Part shown: piece by piece, positions 59,206 through 64,000 of the stretch
How the letters are laid out: the number at the start of each line of letters is the position of its first letter
Position numbering within the stretch: position 1 is the first letter of the stretch
Source of the DNA: an uncultured Bacteroidales bacterium
Lineage (GTDB): Bacteria > Bacteroidota > Bacteroidia > Bacteroidales > Bacteroidaceae
Length of the DNA: 64,000 nt
Assembly: GCA_902783655.1 (NCBI GenBank)
Contig: CACZRZ010000036.1
Span: 164-64,163 of the forward strand
Reading direction: 5' to 3'
Position numbers and translations under genes: made by a program
The notes under the pieces: model-generated
Database searches by the model: none
What the model was told of the DNA's origin: nothing
What the model saw: only the letters and a program-made list of their open reading frames with translations

Positions 59206-62200
59206 ATGAGAACACTGAAAACCCTTTTGACAGCATTGGCGCTGACCGCAACACTCCACATGGCGGCACAGCCCGGAACGTGGGACAGGGAGAAATATCC
59301 CGACCTGCCGTCTCCCACACCCACCAGTATCAACATGAAGAGCTACCGGGCCATGGCGGCACGCATCCGACAGCAGGAGGCCGAGGGAAAGCGACGGCCC
59401 GACCACCTGAACAATGCGCTGAATCCGTCGTTCCCGCCCATCATCAACCAGAGCGGCGGGTCGTGCGGTGCGGCGTCGAGCATCTACTACCAGTTTACAA
59501 ATCAGATAAACACGGCACGATTCACCGCTGCCGACAGCGACGAACGCCGCTATGCCACTCACTTCCCCTGGATGCTGAACACCAACGGGCCGGACGGAAC
59601 GGGGTACGACCGGCTGGGACGTGATGTGGGCATGGCCAGTTGCGCCGTGTATGGAGGCACTACATACAGCCGCATCTACGGCCGTTCGGGTCAGGACGAC
59701 CAGGACGACGACTGCGGATGGATGCAGGGCTACGACAGTTGGTTCTCGACCATGCACAACCGCATCCTCTCCGGAAACAGTTTCCCCTACAACTGTGGTA
59801 CGGAGGAGGGCCGCGAGCTGGTGAAGAACTACCTGTGGAACCGTTGCGGCGACGAGAGCTATGCCTCGGGCGGCATCTGCGGCATAGGCGTGGCGGCAGG
59901 CCCCTTCGAGGGCGACATCCCCAAGACCGCCGTGAACGATGCCATCGGCCTCACTGGCATGAAATATGTCACCGACTGGAACGAGACCTACAACCACGCC
60001 ATGACCATCGTGGGATACGACGACCGCGTGGAGTTCGACCTCGACGGGAACGGCATCGTCGGCGAGGCGCGAAACAGCCAGGGCGACAACGAAGTGGGTG
60101 CATGGATTATATGCAACTCGTGGGGCGACGGATATGCCAACAAGGGATTCATATACTGCCCCTACGAGAGGTCGAACAGCGTGAAGGGATGGCCCAAGGA
60201 GAACAGCTTCACACCAGGGTACTACGATGTGATGCGCGACTACCGTCCGCTGCGCACGCTGAAGGTGACGATGGAGTACAGTCGCCGTTCGGAAATGGCT
60301 CTGTACGTGGGCGTTGCCCAAAACCTGGATGCCACGAAGCCCGAGAAATCGACGGCGCTGACACACTTTGAATACTGCGGCGACGGCAACCGTGGGCAGA
60401 CACAGCCTGCGCCCGAAATACCCATGTTGGGCCGGTGGGCTGATGGCGAACTGCACACCGAGCCGATGGAGTTCGGCTACGACCTGACGGACCTGACCCG
60501 GGACTTCGACCTCACGCGCCCCCTGAAGTACTTCTTCTGGGTGGAAACACGTTCGTGGGGCAGAGGTAGCGGCAAGATTTACAATGCCAGCATCATCGAC
60601 TACACGCTGGACCGCGATGGGGTGGAGGTGCCTTTCGACATAGAGGAACCGGTGAACGTGCCCAGTGGCGGCAAGAAGACGACGCTGACGGCTACCGTCT
60701 GCAACGATGCCGTGCCGGAGCCGCGAAACCTGACCATCACGGAGACGCTGCTCTCCTGGAGCGCCCCGACCGGCAGCCGCCAGGTGCCTGCAACGTACAA
60801 TGTCTATCGCAACGGCGACCTCTTCGGCAGCACACCGGCTGGCACGCTGTCGACAACCGTTGAACCGACGGGCAGCTATGCTGTGAGTGCCGTTTACAAG
60901 GTGGGCGGATACGATGTGGAGAGCAAGAAGTCGGCCCCGGTGGCTGCACCCCTTGTGCCCGATGCCGGACACGAGAACACGATTGCCAGCCTGCAGCCAG
61001 GCACCAAACTGCTCATACCGCATCTGACGGAACGTTCGTTGGAGAACTTCACCCTCGAGTTCTGGCTATGGACCAGAAAGGACGCGAAGGGCGACGACTA
61101 CGGTTTTCGTATCAAGGCCGACACCACCACCTACTTCTTCAAGATTACGAAGGACAACTACATCGAAATCGGACAGGACGGAGGTTCGTACACCCGACTG
61201 AACTCCATGCCCGTGAAGCCCGGCACCTTCCGCCACATTGCCATCGTGGTGGAGGGACTTGTCACGCGTCTGTACATCAATGGCAACAACCGCATGACCT
61301 GGGCCAACAACTACAACCACCACGGCATCAAGGGACCGGCCCGCCTGCTCATCGGCGAGACGGAGGGCACGACCACCGACTACAAGAAGGTCTATGACTC
61401 GCCATGGAACGCCTATATCGACGAGTTGCGCTTCTGGAGCCGTGCGCTCAAGGCATCCGAAGTGAAGGCTGCCTACCAACAGGACATTGCCAATCCGACC
61501 CTTTACGACGACCTGCTCCACTATTATAAGATGGACACGCGCGGAACGGGTGAGGAGGGGAGTCCGATCTATCTGGTGGATGCCTGCGGCAACTGCGACG
61601 CAGAGGTGATAGGTGCCGAGACATTCTCGCTGGAGTCGTATGCCCTGGGCAATGAGAAGAATCCGCTGAGCGCTGTCACCAAGGCCGACTTCAAGTGCAG
61701 CGCCTCGGCCATCGTGGGCAAGCCATTCAACATCACCGACCAGAGCGCCATGAACACAGTGCTGCGCACATGGACCTTCACGGGTACGGAACAGCCCTCG
61801 ATGGAGGGTTCTGTGGGACCTGTCGTCGTCTTTACCCAACCGGGCCGACAGTTCATCAAGTTGCAGACCACCAATCTCTATGGTGAGAAGGCAGAGAAGG
61901 TGGACTCGGTGGAGGTGGCTCCTGCCACACTGCCTGCCGTTGACTTTGCCTTGCCGGCGACGGATGTCGTTGTGGGTCAGCACGTAACGTTTGTCAATAC
62001 ATCCACACCCATCGAGGCAGCCGCCTACGAATGGGAAATCCAGGGAGCCGACATACCTGTCGTCAAGACGACGAACGCCGGTGCCACGTTCTCTGCTGCC
62101 GGTACTTACGAGATACGGCTGACGGCCGTCAACAGTGAAGGCAGTGTCAGCACGACCAAGTCCGTCAGCGTGGAAGCTTCGGCGCCCAAGGCAGCCTTTG

Positions 62201-63879
62201 AGATTCAGAACAACGTCACCGTCAAGGGTCAGCCCATCCTGCTATACGATGCCTCGAAGTTCAGTCCGGAAGAGTGGGTGTGGGACCTGAGCAGCCGGCT
62301 CGACATTTATCGCTACAGCGGACAGAACAAGAGCATCACCATTGACGAACCTGGCATCTACGATGTCACCCTGAACGTCGCCAACGCCAAGGGCCGCGAC
62401 CAGATTACCCGCAAGCGCGCCGTCACCGTATGCAATGCCGACGGACAGACGGGGCTGCACTTCGATGGCGAGGACGACCTGGTGCAGGCACCTTCGCCCT
62501 TTGGCGATGAGGCCGTCAAGACCTTCACCATCGACTGGTGGATGTATCCAGGTCGCGTGACCGACAACAGTTTCCACATCGGCGACAAGGCCTCCACCAT
62601 GCAGATATGCGTGAAACCCACCGGGGAACTCTCCGTGGACCTTGGCGGCAAGAATGTGGTCAGTCCGGCAGGTACCGTCGTCAGCGACGAATGGCACCAC
62701 TATGCCATCATCTACCGTACGAGCACAATCATCTTCTATCGCGACGGCGTGCGGCTCGGCAGTGCCCGTGCGGGATCGTCCATGCCGGTTCTCGAGCAGT
62801 TTGCCATCGGTGGCACTGAGCGACCATTCAAGGGCATCATCGACGAACTGCGCGTCTGGAACAAAAGCCTCGCTGAGAAGGATATGGTGGCCATTGCCAA
62901 TGCGCCCGTGGAGAATCCGGCCGACAACGAGACGCTGCTGCTCTACTACGACTTCAACCAAAGCAGAGGCGACGTGATTGACCGCTCCGGACACGAACTT
63001 ACGGGACGGCGCGTGAACTTCGGTCCCGACGGCGACGCTTGGGATACGAGTCTGGGCATCTTCTGCCTCAATACGCGAGGAACCTCTGTGGATGTCACCG
63101 CCAACTACCTCAAGAACTACAAGCATCCGTTCAAGACGGGTGGAGGCACCGTGAATCCGGCCAACAGCAGCCGTTACCTGAAGTTGCTGATGAACAACAC
63201 CACATCGCCCTGGCGACAACTCAACACTGTGAAGAACGGTAACATACTGACCGAATGGCACGTGGATGCCGAGAAGAACTACTACCTCACCCTCGAGGAC
63301 AGCTATTCGGGCTTCGAGAGCAACATCAAGGATATGATGATATTCCAGACCGTAGAACTGCCCGCAGGACAGTACACCTTCACGGCCGACCGAGATGGCG
63401 ACACCTATTACTACAACTGGCTGACCGACGGGACCTACGTGGCTGCTGCTGTCGGCGACCGTCTGCCCGTCACCGACCTGTTGGGGAGCGAGGCACTGGC
63501 CTGGTCGCCGCTGTCTGAGAGTCAGTCTGTCACCTTCATGCTCGATACGCTCACCACCGTCAGCCTCGGTCTCATAGCCAACATGAGCGATAAGCGGTGT
63601 GTTGCCGTGGGCAAGTTTGTGCTCGAGTACAAACAGCTCATCTATGGCGAAAGCACGGAGCCCGATGCCATACGCGAGCCTTCGTTCGTGGCGGAGCAGA
63701 CACTGGAAGCCCGAGGCGGACTGGGGAGCATCAACATCCGTGTGGGCAAACCGCAGCGCGTGGTCGTCTGTGACCTCAGCGGCAAGACCATCTTCGCCGA
63801 CTGGCTCGAATCCTCCGCCTGTATTCCTGCCCGACGGGGCATCTACATCGTGAATCGCAGCAAGGTGCTGGTGCGTTAG
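59206..63879 (+). CDS. 1557-aa T9SS cargo protein: papain-like (C1) cysteine peptidase domain, FN3-like domain, LamG domain, three PKD domains, second LamG domain, C-terminal binding domain and T9SS sorting tail
   Basis: It has a signal peptide. The C1-like catalytic motifs are NQSGGSCGAAS (Cys), NHAMTIVGYDD (His) and ICNSWGDGY (Asn). LamG motifs include IDELRFWSRAL and IDELRVWNKSL. PKD-like repeats carry FTGTE and YEIRLTAVNSEG. The tail reads VVVCDLSGKTIF ... GIYIVNRSKVLVR. Confidence 0.8.
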   Translation: MRTLKTLLTALALTATLHMAAQPGTWDREKYPDLPSPTPTSINMKSYRAMAARIRQQEAEGKRRPDHLNNALNPSFPPIINQSGGSCGAASSIYYQFTNQINTARFTAADSDERRYATHFPWMLNTNGPDGTGYDRLGRDVGMASCAVYGGTTYSRIYGRSGQDDQDDDCGWMQGYDSWFSTMHNRILSGNSFPYNCGTEEGRELVKNYLWNRCGDESYASGGICGIGVAAGPFEGDIPKTAVNDAIGLTGMKYVTDWNETYNHAMTIVGYDDRVEFDLDGNGIVGEARNSQGDNEVGAWIICNSWGDGYANKGFIYCPYERSNSVKGWPKENSFTPGYYDVMRDYRPLRTLKVTMEYSRRSEMALYVGVAQNLDATKPEKSTALTHFEYCGDGNRGQTQPAPEIPMLGRWADGELHTEPMEFGYDLTDLTRDFDLTRPLKYFFWVETRSWGRGSGKIYNASIIDYTLDRDGVEVPFDIEEPVNVPSGGKKTTLTATVCNDAVPEPRNLTITETLLSWSAPTGSRQVPATYNVYRNGDLFGSTPAGTLSTTVEPTGSYAVSAVYKVGGYDVESKKSAPVAAPLVPDAGHENTIASLQPGTKLLIPHLTERSLENFTLEFWLWTRKDAKGDDYGFRIKADTTTYFFKITKDNYIEIGQDGGSYTRLNSMPVKPGTFRHIAIVVEGLVTRLYINGNNRMTWANNYNHHGIKGPARLLIGETEGTTTDYKKVYDSPWNAYIDELRFWSRALKASEVKAAYQQDIANPTLYDDLLHYYKMDTRGTGEEGSPIYLVDACGNCDAEVIGAETFSLESYALGNEKNPLSAVTKADFKCSASAIVGKPFNITDQSAMNTVLRTWTFTGTEQPSMEGSVGPVVVFTQPGRQFIKLQTTNLYGEKAEKVDSVEVAPATLPAVDFALPATDVVVGQHVTFVNTSTPIEAAAYEWEIQGADIPVVKTTNAGATFSAAGTYEIRLTAVNSEGSVSTTKSVSVEASAPKAAFEIQNNVTVKGQPILLYDASKFSPEEWVWDLSSRLDIYRYSGQNKSITIDEPGIYDVTLNVANAKGRDQITRKRAVTVCNADGQTGLHFDGEDDLVQAPSPFGDEAVKTFTIDWWMYPGRVTDNSFHIGDKASTMQICVKPTGELSVDLGGKNVVSPAGTVVSDEWHHYAIIYRTSTIIFYRDGVRLGSARAGSSMPVLEQFAIGGTERPFKGIIDELRVWNKSLAEKDMVAIANAPVENPADNETLLLYYDFNQSRGDVIDRSGHELTGRRVNFGPDGDAWDTSLGIFCLNTRGTSVDVTANYLKNYKHPFKTGGGTVNPANSSRYLKLLMNNTTSPWRQLNTVKNGNILTEWHVDAEKNYYLTLEDSYSGFESNIKDMMIFQTVELPAGQYTFTADRDGDTYYYNWLTDGTYVAAAVGDRLPVTDLLGSEALAWSPLSESQSVTFMLDTLTTVSLGLIANMSDKRCVAVGKFVLEYKQLIYGESTEPDAIREPSFVAEQTLEARGGLGSINIRVGKPQRVVVCDLSGKTIFADWLESSACIPARRGIYIVNRSKVLVR

Positions 63880-64000
63880 TAGAGGCGCAACATGTGTCCG
63901 GGCTGCGGCATGTAGTCGGGAGCGAGCTCGTTGAGCTTATACAGACTTTCGAGACGGATGCCGTAGCGCTGGGCGATGCTATGCATCGACTCGCCCGGCT
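63876..64000 (-). CDS. C-terminal LysM domain of a gene that continues beyond the window
   Basis: The minus-strand translation is PGESMHSIAQRYGIRLESLYKLNELAPDYMPQPGHMLRLY*, which fits the LysM consensus. The start lies outside the window. Confidence 0.6.
   Translation of the reverse strand, partial: PGESMHSIAQRYGIRLESLYKLNELAPDYMPQPGHMLRLY

Overview
The window looks like a chromosomal segment from a Bacteroidota genome, probably Prevotellaceae-like. That assignment is an inference from SusC/SusD pairs, T9SS C-terminal sorting tails, a BACON domain, TAnnTTTG-type -7 promoter boxes, lipoprotein signal peptides followed by acidic residues, and no obvious Shine-Dalgarno sites.

Gene content, in order:
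- thrA (5' partial), an apgM-like gene and thrC
- a LytTR/LytS-type two-component pair downstream of a beta-helix protein and a small T9SS-tailed protein
- an RND efflux operon (adaptor, pump, TolC)
- a tight five-gene minus-strand operon of envelope proteins: LPP20/NTF2-like, PEGA plus beta-rich C-terminus, BACON-FGE fold, FGE fold, BspA-type LRR
- a T9SS-tailed clan GH-D-like glycosidase
- tRNA-Arg(UCU)
- a cyclophilin, AddB-like, AddA-like and DUF45 metalloprotease operon
- panB
- a large PUL-like locus with two SusC/SusD pairs and three fasciclin-domain lipoproteins but no enzymes or regulator
- a GHMP sugar kinase, nucleotidyltransferase, UDP-glucuronate-4-epimerase-like and GH35-like cluster
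- a 1557-aa T9SS cargo protein (papain-like peptidase, LamG and PKD domains)
- a LysM gene fragment at the right edge

No transposase, integrase, CRISPR array, phage genes or recognisable defence genes were seen.

The most unusual signals are small sequence families rather than genes:
1. A 7-bp tandem-repeat family (ARTTNAN, e.g. AATTGAC, AGTTTAG, AGTTGAA) fills many intercistronic junctions. It places stop codons in all three frames, sometimes forms long hairpins, and twice lies in frame inside genes.
2. A G/C-rich palindromic, G-tract element (core CCCCTCGGGGAGG followed by GGG runs) is intergenic once and in frame inside at least four ORFs: apgM-like, thrC, AddB-like and a fasciclin-like lipoprotein.
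3. Arrays of 22-24 bp palindromic units built on TTGACGG/CCGTCAA or ACGAC/GTCGT cores occur in three intergenic regions.

The five-gene envelope operon with two FGE-fold lipoproteins lacking the catalytic cysteines is the best candidate for an uncharacterised protein system. All calls come from reading the sequence and ORF translations; no searches were run.
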